From: Chiloscyllium plagiosum
Lineage: Eukaryota
Direction of reading: 5' to 3'
Assembly (NCBI RefSeq): GCF_004010195.1
Contig: NC_057718.1
Location: 103,215,276-103,279,275 of the forward strand
Length of the DNA stretch: 64,000 bases
Shown here: positions 37,093-50,579 of the stretch, in pieces
Position numbering within the stretch: position 1 is the first letter of the stretch
How the letters are laid out: every line of letters begins with the position of its first letter
The notes under the pieces: model-generated
Databases searched by the model: none
What the model was told of the DNA's origin: nothing
The model's input: only the letters and a program-made list of their open reading frames with translations
Translations under genes and position numbers: made by a program

Positions 37093-37724
37093 GCTCCAAA
37101 ATATGTTGATTCCTTTCATTCCCATAAATGCTCTGTCCTTTGCTGACTGTTGCTTAATTAGTTCCCAGCCTCTAGCAACCCTCCATACTTACATTCTCCA
37201 TGGTTTCACAAGATTCTGGGTGTTGAGAAGTTAATTGTCAGAAGTCACACGACACCAGGTTATTGTCCAACAAGTTTATCACAGGCTTTCAGAGTACAGC
37301 TCCTTCATTAGGTGATGGTGAAAACTTGTGATTTTAGATTAACCTGTTGGACTGTAACCTGGTGAAATGTGCCTTTTGACTTTGTCCACCCCAGTCCAAC
37401 ACCAGCACGTCCACATTGTAATTTGATTGGGAAATAGTCAGTCAAGCAGAACGAATATCATTCCTGATTCTGGGCATGTTCTTTCTATATTAGTCTGGAT
37501 TCTCTTCTGCTTCATATCAACTCAGGACAGATATCAAGGTTTCTTAATATACACATGATGACCAGGGATCAGAGCTCCCTACACCAATTCCAACCTTCTA
37601 GCAGACTCTCTATCATTACATGACAATCAAGGTCATTGTCACATCACAGCTTACCTCTGGGTCATCCACATATTCATTAAAACTATTCCCAACATTCTTG
37701 CTCCCTTCACCACCCCCTTCCAAA

Positions 37725-38476
37725 ACTCTCACTCACACACACCCACATACCCTCATGCATATACACACATGCCCACATACTCTTACACACACATACACAC
37801 ACCTACATGCTCTCACACAAATACACCCACATGCTGTTACACAGATACACACACACATCCACATACACCCACATACACACCCACACTCTCACACCCACAC
37901 TCACAGATACACAAAATCTACACAAGGTCTACAAAACCATGAAGGGAAGAGACAGGGTAGATAGAGATAAGCTCTTTCCCAAGGATAAGGATTCAATAAC
38001 GAGAGGTCACGTTTTCAAGGTGAGAGGTGAAAAGTTTAAGGGGGATAAATGCGGCAAGTACTTTACACAGAGGATGGTAAGTGCCTGGAACGCGTTGCCA
38101 GCAGAGGTAGTAGAGGCAGGCTTGGTAGATTCATCTAAGATGCGCCTGGACAGATGCATAAGTAGGTGGTGAACAGAGGGATACAGATGCTTAGGAATTG
38201 GGCGACAGGTTTAGACAGTATATTTGCATCAGCTCAGGCTTGGAGGGCCGAAGGGCCTGTTCCTGGGCTGTAAATTTTCTTTATTCTTTGTTCTTTACAC
38301 ACACACCCTCACACAGATACACGTGCACACACACACCCACATAGTCTCACACAGATACACACACACATACTCTCACACAAAGATACACACACACTCTCTC
38401 ACACATACACAAGGATACACACATACACATATGCACACTCACTCACACATAAACTCACATACATACAAACACAGAC
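37725..38476. repeat. Degenerate CA-rich tract split by a CR1 insertion
   Basis: (CA)n-like on both sides of 37930-38295. Confidence 0.85.
37930..38295 (+). mobile_element. CR1 3' fragment inserted in a CA-rich tract
   Basis: VYKTMKG.DRVD..TRGH..FTQRMVSAWNALP. Confidence 0.85.
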
Positions 38477-40581
38477 ATGCACTGCATTATGATGTGAGGC
38501 TAGGAAATGTAGTCGATATTCTCCCCATGTACAGAAGACAGAGAGGCAGGTATATTCTGGACTGCAAGTGGCAAGTGGGAACTGGGGGTTTGCTCACTAG
38601 TGCTAACCAATTATCCCAGGCAATGTAAATACACTATCATTAACCCTCTGAAACTTCCAGGGTGACAGCAGAGAGGATCCGCAGGTACAATGCCATTATA
38701 ATGGAGGGAGCACAGCTAAAAGATTTTCTGGAGCCCCTCATGCTTTTTTATGTTCATTCACGGGATGTGGGTGTCACTGATTCGGCCAGTATTTATTGTC
38801 CAACTCTATTTGCCCCTTGAGATGGTGGGGGTGAGCCGTCTTCCTGAACCGCTGTGGTCCCTGTGTTGTAGGTTGACCTACAATGCTCTTAGGGAGGGAG
38901 GTCCATGATTTTGACCCAGTGACACTGAAGGGACGATGATACTTTGAAGAATTCAATGTCATCAACAGAGAGTTAATGCTACATTTAGTAACTGCTCTAA
39001 AGTCAACTAGGAATTGCTTGGATGATGGACACAGACCTTTCTTGTTGATGATTAAAAAGAGGAATGAGCTTTCAATCAGTCTGGTTGATTACTGATGTTC
39101 TCAGTCAGTTGATAGACCTGTTTAGCTAGTTTAAAGATACCCTCCTTATTCTGTTCCTTCCTGAAAGGGTTATACTCTCCAAATTGGCCATGTCATCAAG
39201 AATCAATATCAGACAGTGAGAGAAGGTGTAATACAGTGTAAGCATTCACTCATGGGATTTGGGTGTCACTGACTAAACTAGCATTTATTGACCCATTCCT
39301 AATTGCCAAGAGAGCAGCTCACAATTGCCACATTGTGGTCTAAGTTCTGCCATAGGCCAGACCCAGTAAGGACACCAGATTTCCTTCCCTAAAAGAAATC
39401 AGTGAACCAATTTTTTTTAATAACACAACTGACACGGTCACTACCAAACCAGATGTGTCCCAGATTCTTATTGAGGTCAAATTTCACCATCTGCCATTGT
39501 GTGATGTAAACCCTAGATCACCAGGCAAGGAGCTTCGGCATTACCATCCCTGTGGCATTGCCACTACACCATCACTTCCCCAACTAACAGGAATGTGGAC
39601 CAGTTCCTCCCCTCTCCCTCTCCATATCATTCTCTTCTGCTACAAGTTCTTTCAACCCGAGTTCAGCATTATCTCTTCACGGCCTCAGTGAATGCTTGGC
39701 AGGATGGACGCTCAGAGATTACTCTCCCCTTGGGTTTGAGAATCCAGAACAAAGGCCTCAATGTTGGAATAAGGGGGTGGCCACTTAGGACTGAGATGGA
39801 GAGGAATTCCTTTGCTCAGAGGGTGGTATCTTTTGTTTACTTGACCCCAGAGAGCGCTGGCTGTTCAATCGTTGAGTCTATTTAAGACAGAGACCAACAG
39901 ATACTAGGAAACTCAGGAAATCTGGAGATTAGGACAGGGCAGGGAGGTGGAGATAAATCATCTGTGATCTTTTTGAATGATGGAACATGTTCCAGAGGCC
40001 CAGTGGCTTACTCAGGTCACTTTATGCTTTTCCAATTTATCTTTCCTCACTCCATGTGTTGCAAGGGAATGACTTTTAAACTATTGCTGTTCCTGGGGAA
40101 AGGGGAATTTCCTTCATTTTTTTCTGTTCTCCTGAAGATGGCAACTGTTGCTGAGCTGGAGGAACAGAGACAGAGGCCATTCAGCCCCTCGAGGTTGTGC
40201 TGTTACTCACTTCTCTATCTCCTCTCCCAAACCCCTGCCTTTCTCTCCCTCTGTTCTCTCCCATGATTTTTGTCTCAGTCCTCTGTCTGCATTTTGTTAC
40301 AACATGGAGTAAACCCCTCCTGCTAATTTTAACCCCAACCGACAGAGAAGCTCACCTCGCACTGTACTCTGTTAGATTCAAAAGGCAAAGAACTATCCCC
40401 AGAGGTCACTATTTAAAGTAAAAATGAGCAATTTTATTTTTTAAGTCCAAATGAGAACATTAAACAACTATTTACAACTCCTACCTCTTAAACCTATCTT
40501 TTACCTCCCACTCTATAATATTGGTCCGATAAATTCCCTCTTAAATTTATGACAAAATCAATTTCAAACCCAGGTTATCCA

Positions 40582-41200
40582 GTCATAGAGATGTACTGCA
40601 TAAAAACAGACCCTTCGGTCCAACCCGTCCATGCCGACCAGATATCCTAACCCAATCTAGTCCCACCTGCCAGCACCCGGTCCATATCCCTCCAAACCCT
40701 TCCTATTCATATACCCACCCAAATACCTCTTAAATGTTGCAATTGTACCAGCCTCCACCACTTCCTCTGGCAGCTCATTCNNNNNNNNNNNNNNNNNNNN
40801 NNNNNNNNNNNNNNNNNNNNNNNNNNNNNNNNNNNNNNNNNNNNNNNNNNNNNNNNNNNNNNNNNNNNNNNNNNNNNNNNNNNNNNNNNNNNNNNNNNNN
40901 NNNNNNNNNNNNNNNNNNNNNNNNNNNNNNNNNNNNNNNNNNNNNNNNNNNNNNNNNNNNNNNNNNNNNNNNNNNNNNNNNNNNNNNNNNNNNNNAAATG
41001 CCTTCTTCACTATCCTATCTACCTGCGACTCCACTTTCAAGGAGCTATGAACCTGCACTCCAAGGTCTCTTTGTTCAGCAACACTCCCTAGGACCTTACC
41101 ATTAAGTGTATAAGTCCTGCTAAGATTTGCTTTCCCAAAATGCAGCACCTCGCATTTATCTGAATTAAACTCCATCTGCCACTTCTCAGCCCAATGGCCC
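40582..41200 (-). mobile_element. CR1/HER1 3' fragment spanning an N gap
   Basis: ORF 40657-41202 WAEKWQMEFNSDKCEVLHFG. Confidence 0.9.
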
Positions 41201-41293
41201 ATCAGATTTTAAACTTTCTCTATAGATTTCCCCAGGTCGACTTTGGTGTTCTGCTGCACAAATTTCTGATAGACAGGTCCCTTTCAGAGAGCT

Positions 41294-41510
41294 TAGATCG
41301 GAGTGGTGCTGCAAAAGCACAGCACGTCAGGCAGCAGGAAAGTCGACATTTCGGGCAAAAGCCCTTCATCAGGAGTAGATATTCCTGATGAAGGGCTTCT
41401 GCCTGAAACATCCATTTACCTGCTCCTCAGATGGTGCCTGACCTGCTGTACGTTTCCAGCACCACTCTAATCTAAACTCTGGTTTCCAGCATCTGCAGTC
41501 CTCACTTTTG
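41294..41510. mobile_element. Family B palindromic element nested in a solo LTR
   Basis: 15-bp TSD ccctttcagagagct at 41279-41293 and 41511-41525. Confidence 0.9.
41345..41412. ncRNA. Back-to-back pair of family B hammerhead motifs
   Basis: Minus 41345-41372 and plus 41385-41412; both retain CTGATGA and GAAA, and stem III shows CpG-type decay. Confidence 0.65.
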
Positions 41511-41892
41511 CCCTTTCAGAGAGCTGTTCTGCTAGCAGACTGTTTGTTGGTGGCTTGGCAGTTCCATATCTAACTGTTCAAAATATCTGGTTTTATTTCC
41601 CAAAATATCAGATCATTTCATTGGTTTGATGTCATCAAAACAGTAAAGTCAAATTCGATTGGAATTTGGTATCTGGGGCCTAATTTAAACTGATTGGCCA
41701 AATTTGAATTTGTTTTTGTTCCATGGCAATGCAACTCCAGCTATTTGTTTCAACCAAGTGTTACATGTTTACCTTGTTCAGGACTCTCTGTGCTTTCAGT
41801 CAGTCCTTGCTAGCTTTCCAACTCTCTTTAAGGTACAGTACACCTCTACAACTTCATAACAATTTTGCTGTCCCTTTTGTCTCCTTCTCTAG

Positions 41893-42412
41893 ATTCATCA
41901 TGTCCGTAAGGACCCTCACCGACTTTTACACACGCACACTATGCGGATGCATAATGGCCTGGTACGGTAACTGCTCTACCCAGGACTATACGAAATGACA
42001 GAAGGTAGTGTGCATATCCCAGACCATCACTGAAGCCAACCTTCCAACCATGGACTCCATCTACACTTCTTGTTGCCACGGACAGGCTACCAACATCACC
42101 GAAGACCCCTCCCACCCCGCTAAAACTCTCCTACAACCTCTTCTGTCCGCCAGAAGATATAGAAGTCTGAAAACCCACACCAACAGGTTCAGGAACAGCT
42201 TCTTCCCAGCTGTTATTAGACTGATGAATGGATCTCTCTAACTTCAAATCTAATGTTGATATTGCTTTGTACACCTCCTATGCAGCTATAGCTCTGAATG
42301 CCTCACTCTTTCTAAGTACCCCATGATCCGTGTGTCTTTATTTGTTATGATGTGCTCACAAAACAGAACTTTTCATTGTACTTAGGTACACATGACAACA
42401 ATAAATCAAATT
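41893..42412 (+). mobile_element. Rex1/Babar-type non-LTR retrotransposon 3' fragment
   Basis: GCIMAWYGNCS..QD and LPTMDSIYTS..DPSHP..RRYRSLKTHTNRFRNSFFPAVIRLMN are typical of the Rex1/Babar ORF C-terminus; 3' tail tgacaacaataaatcaaat. Confidence 0.8.
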
Positions 42413-42574
42413 AAGATTCTCTCTCTATTTTCATTCTGGCAGCTCCCCTCTCTTTCTCTCTGTCCCTCTGTCACCTTCTTCCTCTCCTCCCCAGTGGCTT
42501 CTTTCTCTGCCTTCACTATTGTGGTCTTTTCTTTCCCTTTCCCTTCTTAAACTATTCCACTCCTGCTCTCTCTC

Positions 42575-43180
42575 TCTGTCCTCCTCTCCCAGAGTATTTA
42601 AATGGAGAAAAACTGCAGAAAGCTGCAACACATAGGGACCTGGAGGTAGTTATACACAAAACACAGGAAGCTAACACACAGGAGCAGCAGATAATCAGAA
42701 AGGTTAATGGAATGTTAGCCCTGATTTCAAGGGGATTGGTGTATAAGAGTGAGGAAGTCTCACTGTAACTGTACCAGGTGCTGGGGACACTGCGTCTGGA
42801 GTACTGTGAACAGGTTTGGTCCCCTCATTTATTGAAGGATATTCTTTCATTGGAGGCAGTTCAGACAAGATTCACTAAGATGATCGCCGGGTATGGAGGG
42901 ATTGTCTTATGAGCAAAGGTTAAGCAGGTTGAGACTCTATTCACTGGTGTTTAGAAGAATGAGAGAGGATCTCATTGAGAGATATCGGATTTTTAAGGAG
43001 CTTGACAGGGTCAATGCTGAGAGGATGTTTATCCTCACGGGAGAGCGTAGGACCAGAGGACACAGCCTCAGAATAAAAGGGCACCAGTTTCAGACTGAGA
43101 TGAGGAGGAATTTCTTCTCTCAGTGGGTTGTGAGTCTTTGGAACTCCTTGCCACAGAGAGCTGTGGGGGCAGAGTCCTTG

Positions 43181-43212
<32 letters not shown>

Positions 43213-43360
43213 GCTGAGATAGATTTTTGATCAGTTGGGGAATTAAGGGTTAAGGGGAAGGGTCAGGAAAATGGACATGAGGATCAGCCATGATCCTATT
43301 GGATGGCGGAGCAGGCTTGAGAGGCTGAATGGCCTACTCCTGCTCCTATTCCTTATGGAC
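42575..43360 (+). mobile_element. CR1-type 3' fragment (second subfamily); duplicated at 43850-44192
   Basis: ORF 42893 GLSYEQRLSRL.LYSL..RRMREDLIE.Y..TRGHSLRI..FFSQWVVSLWNSLP. Confidence 0.9.
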
Positions 43361-44553
43361 ACAAGGAGCAAGGGAGTAGCGGGATTTTGACCCAGCGACA
43401 GTGAAGGAATGGTGATATGTTTTCAAGTCAGGATGGTGAGTGGTTCGGAGGGGAACGTGCAGCTTGGTGTCTGTTTCCATGTTTCTGTTGCCCTTGTGCT
43501 TCTAAATAGTTGAGGTCACAGATCTTTTTTAAAAATCGGCCTTGACTGAATCATCCTACTACAGCTGAATAGCCACTTAAATGAATTCTTCACTGTTTCC
43601 CCCAGAGGAATAGCTAACTTTGAAAGAGAGGCTCTAAAATTCAGATGGGAAACTGAGAACGTGGTGAAATCAAACTTGTGCTGTAGTGTCTTTTACACTC
43701 TCCTGTATTGCTGACACTCTCCTCTCAGTCTTTTACACTCTCCTGTATTGCTGACACTCTCCTCTCAGTCTTTTACACTCTCCTGTATTGCTGACACTCT
43801 CCTCTCAGTCTTTTACACTCTCCTGTATTGCTGACACTCTCCTCTCAGTCTGGAGGCAATTCAGACAAGATTCACTAAGATGATCGCCGGGTATGGAGGG
43901 ATTGTCTTATGAGCAAAGGTTAAGCAGGTTGAGACTCTATTCACTGGTGTTTAGAAGAATGAGAGAGGATCTCATTGAGAGATATCGGATTTTTAAGGAG
44001 CTTGACAGGGTCAATGCTGAGAGGATGTTTATCCTCACGGGAGAGCGTAGGACCAGAGGACACAGCCTCAGGAAATTAAGGGTTAAGGGGAAGGGTCAGG
44101 AAAATGGACATGAGGATCAGCCATGATCCTATTGGATGGCGGAGCAGGCTTGAGAGGCTGAATGGCCTACTCCTGCTCCTATTCCTTATGGACACAAGGA
44201 GCAAGGGAGTAGCGGGATTTTGACCCAGCGACAGTGAAGGAATGGTGATATGTTTTCAAGTCAGGATGGTGAGTGGTTCGGAGGGGAACGTGCAGCTTGG
44301 TGTCTGTTTCCATGTTTCTGTTGCCCTTGTGCTTCTAAATAGTTGAGGTCACAGATCTTTTTTAAAAATCGGCCTTGACTGAATCATCCTACTACAGCTG
44401 AATAGCCACTTAAATGAATTCTTCACTGTTTCCCCCAGAGGAATAGCTAACTTTGAAAGAGAGGCTCTAAAATTCAGATGGGAAACTGAGAACGTGGTGA
44501 AATCAAACTTGTGCTGTAGTGTCTTTTACACTCTCCTGTATTGCTGACACTCT
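42851..44553. repeat. Direct tandem duplication with a 4 x 40-bp junction repeat
   Basis: 42851-43728 is repeated at 43850-44553 without about 43071-43239; unit tcttttacactctcctgtattgctgacactctcctctcag occurs four times at 43689-43848. Confidence 0.9.
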
Positions 44554-44650
44554 CCCCTCTCAGTGTATCTCTCATCCCATGCTTCATTTCTGGTTGCTGT
44601 TCTCAATTCTTCATCACTCACTGTTGGTGAGTGTTTTCACTCTAAGGTTG

Positions 44651-44779
44651 ATTCCTGAAGAAGGGCTTATGCCCGAAACGTCGACTCTCCTGTTCCTTGG
44701 ATGCTGCCTGACCTGCTTCGCTTTTCCAGCAACACATTTTCAGCTCTGATCTCCAGCATCTGATGCCCTCACTTTCTCT
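44651..44779 (+). mobile_element. Family B single-arm element
   Basis: Hammerhead followed by consensus ctcctgttccttggatgctgcctgacctgc...ccagcatctg; TSD-like tcactctaagg / tcactcctagg. Confidence 0.85.
44655..44682 (+). ncRNA. Minimal type I hammerhead ribozyme motif, family B, core intact
   Basis: CTGAAGA A GGGC TTAT GCCC GAAA CGTC; palindromic ACGT stem III, GUC triplet. Confidence 0.8.
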
Positions 44780-45480
44780 CACTCCTAGGCTCATCCAACA
44801 TAGAAGCAGACCCTTCCATCCAACTCGTCCATGCCAATTTATACCGTCTTGCTCAGAGAATAGGGTTTAGCCATGTTGACCTGATGTAATTCGGTCATTG
44901 GGTCTGTGAGTGTGTTTACCCCCCATGAACTGAAGGATGTGTTGGGAATGGAAAACTGGGAGCCTTGGGAAGAACACTGTTGTTTACATCCAAGTAAATG
45001 ATGAGGCCAATCATCAATCATGGAATTGTCAGCACCTGACTTAAGCAACTAATGGTCTCTACGCAATACATCTGCCACTTAGAATGAAACATGGAACTAA
45101 CTTCGAATTAATATTTGTAAACTCCTGAAACACTGTTTGGTCGTGGAGATGTAGATATTCAGTATCTCTGCTAATGGCCAGAAATGTACATGATATCTGA
45201 TTGTAGCAGCCCAGATTGTTATCTTAATCTTTACTTCATAGATTTACAACACAGCAGCCAGTCATCTCTGAACTTACACACGAAGACTGTCAAAGCATAT
45301 AATCTGCAATGAAATTAAATGAGAAGCATCTACTGTACATTTTTTAAAATTGTTTTAATTTCTTTTGACATAGAGGGATGTTAAATTTATTTCACCCGGG
45401 TCTTTGTGTTGAGAGTTACATGAGGCTATTGATTTTTATTGTTATTATGGAGGTAATTGAAGAGTTGCTTCCAGACTCTG

Positions 45481-45665
45481 CGAGTGTACAGAACAATCTG
45501 GGTTTGTTCAATATATCGCATCAGTTGCATGAAACTGTGATCTTTTGCTATAAATTCTGTGTCCTATGATCCTGCCCCACTAGCTACCTGATGAAGGAGC
45601 AGCGCTCCAAAAGCTAGTGCTTCCAAATAAACCTGTTGGACTATAACCTGGTGTTATGTGATTTA
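45481..45665 (+). mobile_element. Family A PLE 3' end; hammerhead with GAAA changed to AAAA
   Basis: ttttgctataaattctgtg ... CTGATGAAGGAGCAGCGCTCCAAAAGCTAGTG ... ctataacctggtgtt. Confidence 0.8.
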
Positions 45666-48600
45666 GTTAAACACGGATCTGTGGGTGAGTTATGTTACTG
45701 CTCGTCGGGTTGTTGTATAACAGCACCCCAGTGATTTACTCGCCATTCTCTCGGTGTTGTTAAACCCATCCCGGTGCTCTGTTGATTGGTACATTGTAGG
45801 GTCTGAGTTCCAATGGTTCTTGGCTGAGCTGTTTCCTGACTCCTGTCAGTGTGAGATGGAACAGGCTGCCTCCAGTTTGGGTCGAGAACTTGTCCCCAGC
45901 CTCCATCCTCAAACAGGAACGGATCTAGCTGAATGTAGGGCCACAACCAGATTTTAGTAGCATACGTGTCTCCTTGGTCACTCTTGGGTGTTGTCTCTCG
46001 TGCAGTGAAGTACATCAGAATTGTTTATTCCCACAGTTGGATCTCTGACCTAGTGACAGAGAGAGAGAGGCAGAGATAGAGGAGAGGTGAGTGGTGAGGG
46101 TGAAGTTGGGTAGTGTGGACCATCATATCCATGAGGAGATGGAGTAGACCCTTGGCCCTGTTCCACCATTCAATAAGATCGTGGCTGATCAGGTTGTGAC
46201 CTCAACTCCATGTCACTGCTGACCCTTCCATAACTTTGGACTTTCTGGTTAGTCAGGATCACCTTCAAAATATTCAACAACCTTTCCTCCAGTGCTCTCT
46301 GGGGGAGAGTGTTCCAAACTGTCTGAGATGAAATAAAAGCTCTTTGTCTCCATCTTAAGTGCATGATCCCTTGTTCTCGACTCTCCCCCATGAGAGGGAA
46401 CATCCCTTCCACATCCAGCATGTTAAACCCCGCAGTGAGGGTTGACGGAACACCGCTCATCGGCACAGACTGCACAGAAAGGTCAAAGGAAACAGATAAA
46501 ATGCCTTGGCTGTTCTGTCGATGTTTTTGTAATTTCTTCCCATATGGAAAATAACTACTGGAAGGCTGTGGTGGTGACAATCAGGGACATAGCTACTTGC
46601 CTCCAATCAGTGGGTAGTTTGTTACTTTAGCTGCAAACACAAATAGACTATTCCTCCGTTTATGAAGGTCACTGATCCCTTAGAGCTTTGATATTTGTCT
46701 TTATGTTCCAGCTGCTGTCCTTGTTCCTTAATTTCCCTGCTTCCTTCAATGGTGCCATGGAGGTTTTAAAGTGTACCCACATTCAAATTAGATGCAGGAG
46801 CAGGCTATTCAGCCCTTTGAGCTTGTTCCACCATTCACTACAATCATTGACTATCAGACTGTGGTCTCAACTCCCTATTTCTGACAACCCTGAAAACCAT
46901 TGACTCCCCCTGTCAATTACAAATCTATTTACTTCAACCTTAAAAACATTGAATGATTCCACTTCCACTGTTCTCCAGGAAGAGGGGTTCAAAGACTCAT
47001 GACCCTCTCAGAGGAAGGAGAAGTTCTTCCTATATCCATCCTAAATGAGAGATGCCTTACTGTTAGACAGTGTCACTCCTTATCTCACCCTGAAGTGGAA
47101 ACATCCTGTCCAGTCCCTTCAATATCTTACATGATCCATTAACATATCTCATTCTTCTAAACTCCATGGGATAAAGAGCCAATCTGTCCAACCCTTCTTC
47201 ACAAGGCAATCCCTCATTCCCAGTAATCAGCTGATGGAACTTTCGCTGAACTTACTTTTAACGCATTTATATCCTGACTGACAGAAGGTGAGCAAAACTG
47301 AGCACAGATGTGCTCTCAGCAACACATTAACAGTTCAGACAAAACATCCCTACTTTTATATCCCATTCTACTTCCAGTAAACAATATTCCATTTGCTGTC
47401 CTAATCACTTTCTATACCTACAGTCTAATGTTTTGTGATTCATGTCCAAGGACTCAGATTCCTCAGAGTTCTGCAATAAGTAGTGTATTTTCCTTTCTAT
47501 TTTTCCTTCCTAAGTGAATGAATTCAATTCAAGTTCAATAGCTGAAGAAACTCTTACTATCCATTTTTATGTTTTCAGCAACCCCCTCTCGTAATCTAAT
47601 TTCTTATTCTTTTGGTTGTTCTTTGCTGTCCATTATGTCTCGCTCTGTCGAAGCACCCAGTGAACTTTGTTTGCTACGATTGGTCTGCTTGCAAAACAAA
47701 ACTTTTCTCTGTACATGTGACAATAAATCAAATCAATTCAAAATTTCTGTCTACTATTACAATCAACCACTTACTTTTGCAGAAGTATATGCTTGTTCTT
47801 TCAATTTGATACTATCTTTAACTTTATTAGCCGTAAATGATGTGTCCTTTCTTTAAAGTCTTTCTTTCTCATTGCAATGTCCATTCACTGAAGATGGTTG
47901 TGAGCTGCAGTCCATGTGCCGTAGGTTGATCCGCATGGCCATTAAGGTGGGAGTTCCAGGGTTTTGACCCAGTGACACTATGGGAACAGCGATTATATTT
48001 CCAAATCAGGATGGTGAGCTTGGAGGGGAACTTGCAGCTGGTAGTGTTCCACTCGGATCGACTGCCCATGTGCTTCCAGATGGCAGAGGTGAAAGGTGCT
48101 GTCTGAGGAGGGTAAATCCTGGGAGATCCCTCTCTCCATTACTCCCGCCAAACATTAAGTGAACCTCCAGCAATGGGCGGGTGGGAGCTGATCATTGCCA
48201 TACTGTCTGTCAGGGAAAACATGCTTCACTCTGCCAGGTTTTGTTTGATGCACAGATTGCTTTGTAAATGGCCCCACACTTGCTATTATTTTGAAGGATA
48301 ACTATAAATGGAATAGTTCAAGGTCCAAATCTGTAATGAACAGGAAACTCAGCCTTCAGTTTATATAAGTAGTGCTTGCATGCCTTTGCAGACTCCAAAT
48401 AAGGAATTCTGAGTTTTCAAGTGTCATGCTATTCACATATTTCCTGTCTTTCTAATTCTCACAGTTCAAGACATTCCGAGGTAGAGGGTCATTCAGACAT
48501 AGTTGTAATTTCTTGTGCATATTTATTTTCAACGTATAATTCACATTCTTTCCCACTGAAATCACCCGGTAAAGCCAAGGGAATGCCAAATAGGTTATTT

Positions 48601-49624
48601 TTCAAGATCAAGTACAAGGAGCTGTCAAACATGGGCCATTTTGGAAGGTGTCAGGGTTAACTGGAATGTACTGTACCGACAGAACTTAGCAAATCCAAAT
48701 CAGAAAATATCACAAACATATTAGTTACTGCAATGTGGCATTCCTGTTATAATTCCACGTTTAGCTTTTCAATGTCGAGGGTAACGTGTCCCCTCCCCAC
48801 CCCTGACAAAAACTAGAACAACCATTGATGAACTTCATCTTGTTTCAAGAATATTTATCTCTCAGTGTTTGGTGTCGTACTTTCACATGATGATTTGTTG
48901 TGAAAACCCAATGACTGTCTTTGCTGCCAAAACGTACATTGCACATTAAAAAAGTGCAAGTTCTGAGTTCAGCTCCGTCCGGAATATTTTGTTTGGATTT
49001 AATTGTCGTCCTGTACTGTACAAGGGGAGTATAGAGCCATGGATGCTGGTTGAGTTTGGAGTCTCAAAATACCAGAAGGATCTAAACAAGCCAGAGATAG
49101 CTTACAGCCGGATTAAAATCTACCTGCGATATTGAAGACAAGTTTGAGTGCTTTAACTCTTTATAAACTGTGTTCAGAATCCCACAGAGGTACCACCAGC
49201 CCTTCATTCGATCTAGTGAAAATGAACATCGTTTTTAAAAAGGTAAATCCATTCTGCTGTGCTTTCTGAGGAAGGTTTCACCAGCCGTGCAATCACCAAT
49301 CTCTCCACATAACTGAAATTCTGCAGCCCAGCAACATCCTGGTAAATCTCCTCTGCACCTTCTCCAGTGCTATCAATTCGCTCCTATAATGTGGATTCCA
49401 GAACCGCAAAACTCTCAAAAGGGTTTGAGTGCAGTTGTGTAGAGACTTAGTACCTGTCCATTATCTTGGACAGTTCTGATCTCCTTACCTGAGGAAACAT
49501 AGGAACCGGAGTAGGCCATTCAGCCCATTGAGCTTGTCCTGCCATTCAATACAATCATGGCTGATCCAATAATTCAATGCCTTTCCCCTACCCCATCCCC
49601 GTAACTGTGTACCCATAGCCACAA

Positions 49625-50450
49625 AGTGCCGAGGAGCGGCGGATGGAGTTTAATTCAGATAAATGTGAGGTGTTGTATTTTGGTAAAACAAACCAGGGCA
49701 GGACTTACACAATTAACAGTAGGGCACTGTGGAGTGCTCTCAATAGACAGACCTATGGGTTCAGGTAGGTAATTCCGTGAAAATGAAGTCATAGGTAGAC
49801 AGGGTGGTCAAGGAGGCATTTAAGCATGTTTGCCTTCATTGCTCAAACCTTTGAGTGTAGGAGTTGGGGTGTCATGTTGCAATGGTAAAGAAGTTAATGA
49901 GACCACTTTTGGAATACTGTGTGCAGTTCTGTTTGCCCTGCTACAGGAAGGATATTAATAAATTGGAAAGGGTGAAGAAAAGATTTGGAAGGATGTTACT
50001 GAGACTGGAGGGTTCAAGATGTAAGGAGAGGCTGGATAAGCTAGGAGTTTCTGCTGTGGAGTGTCGGAGGCTGAGGGGTGATATTATAGAGGTTTATAAA
50101 ACCGTGAGGGGCGTAGATAAGGTGAATAGCAAAAATTGTTTTCCTTATGGAAGAGAAGTCCCTATGGAATAGAGGCATAGGTGTAAGGTGAGAGGGGAAA
50201 GATTTAAAAGGGAAACAACTTTTTCACACAGAGGTTGATGCATGTATGGAACGAGCTGCCAGACGAGCTGGTACAGGATAGTACAGTTGCAACATTTAAA
50301 AGACCTTTGGACAGATACAGAAATAGGAAAGGTTAAAAGGGAAATTGGCCGTACGCAGACAACGGGAACTGGTTTAGTTTGGGAAACCTGGTCGGCTTGG
50401 ATGATTTGGACAGAAGGGTCTGTTTCTGTGCTGTGTGACTCTATGACTCT
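49625..50450 (+). mobile_element. CR1/HER1 3' fragment
   Basis: ORF 49864 RPLLEYCVQF..RRLRGDIIEVYK; (gactctat)n tail. Confidence 0.9.
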
Positions 50451-50579
50451 ACAACTGGCTGTGCAATTGGCAAAACATCTCCTAACTGGAGGTTTACTTG
50501 TTCTGTCTTGAAATGTATGAAGCCACTTAATGAAAAACCCTGAGCACTTGCCTATGGCAACTCTTCAACTTCTGTGAAT

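Larger units (their letters stand above)
40295..41861. mobile_element. Solo LTR-like element with nested CR1 and family B insertions
   Basis: Termini TGTTA...TAACA with 4-bp TSD attt at 40291-40294 and 41862-41865. Confidence 0.65.

Noticed and set aside
43689..43848. CRISPR-like array (also 3904-4420)
   Set aside because: Head-to-tail repeats with no unique spacers, no cas genes, and a vertebrate context
48951..49135. Open frame of about 60 codons (RNILFGFNCRPVLYKG...IKIYLRY)
   Set aside because: No recognisable homology or convincing splice context
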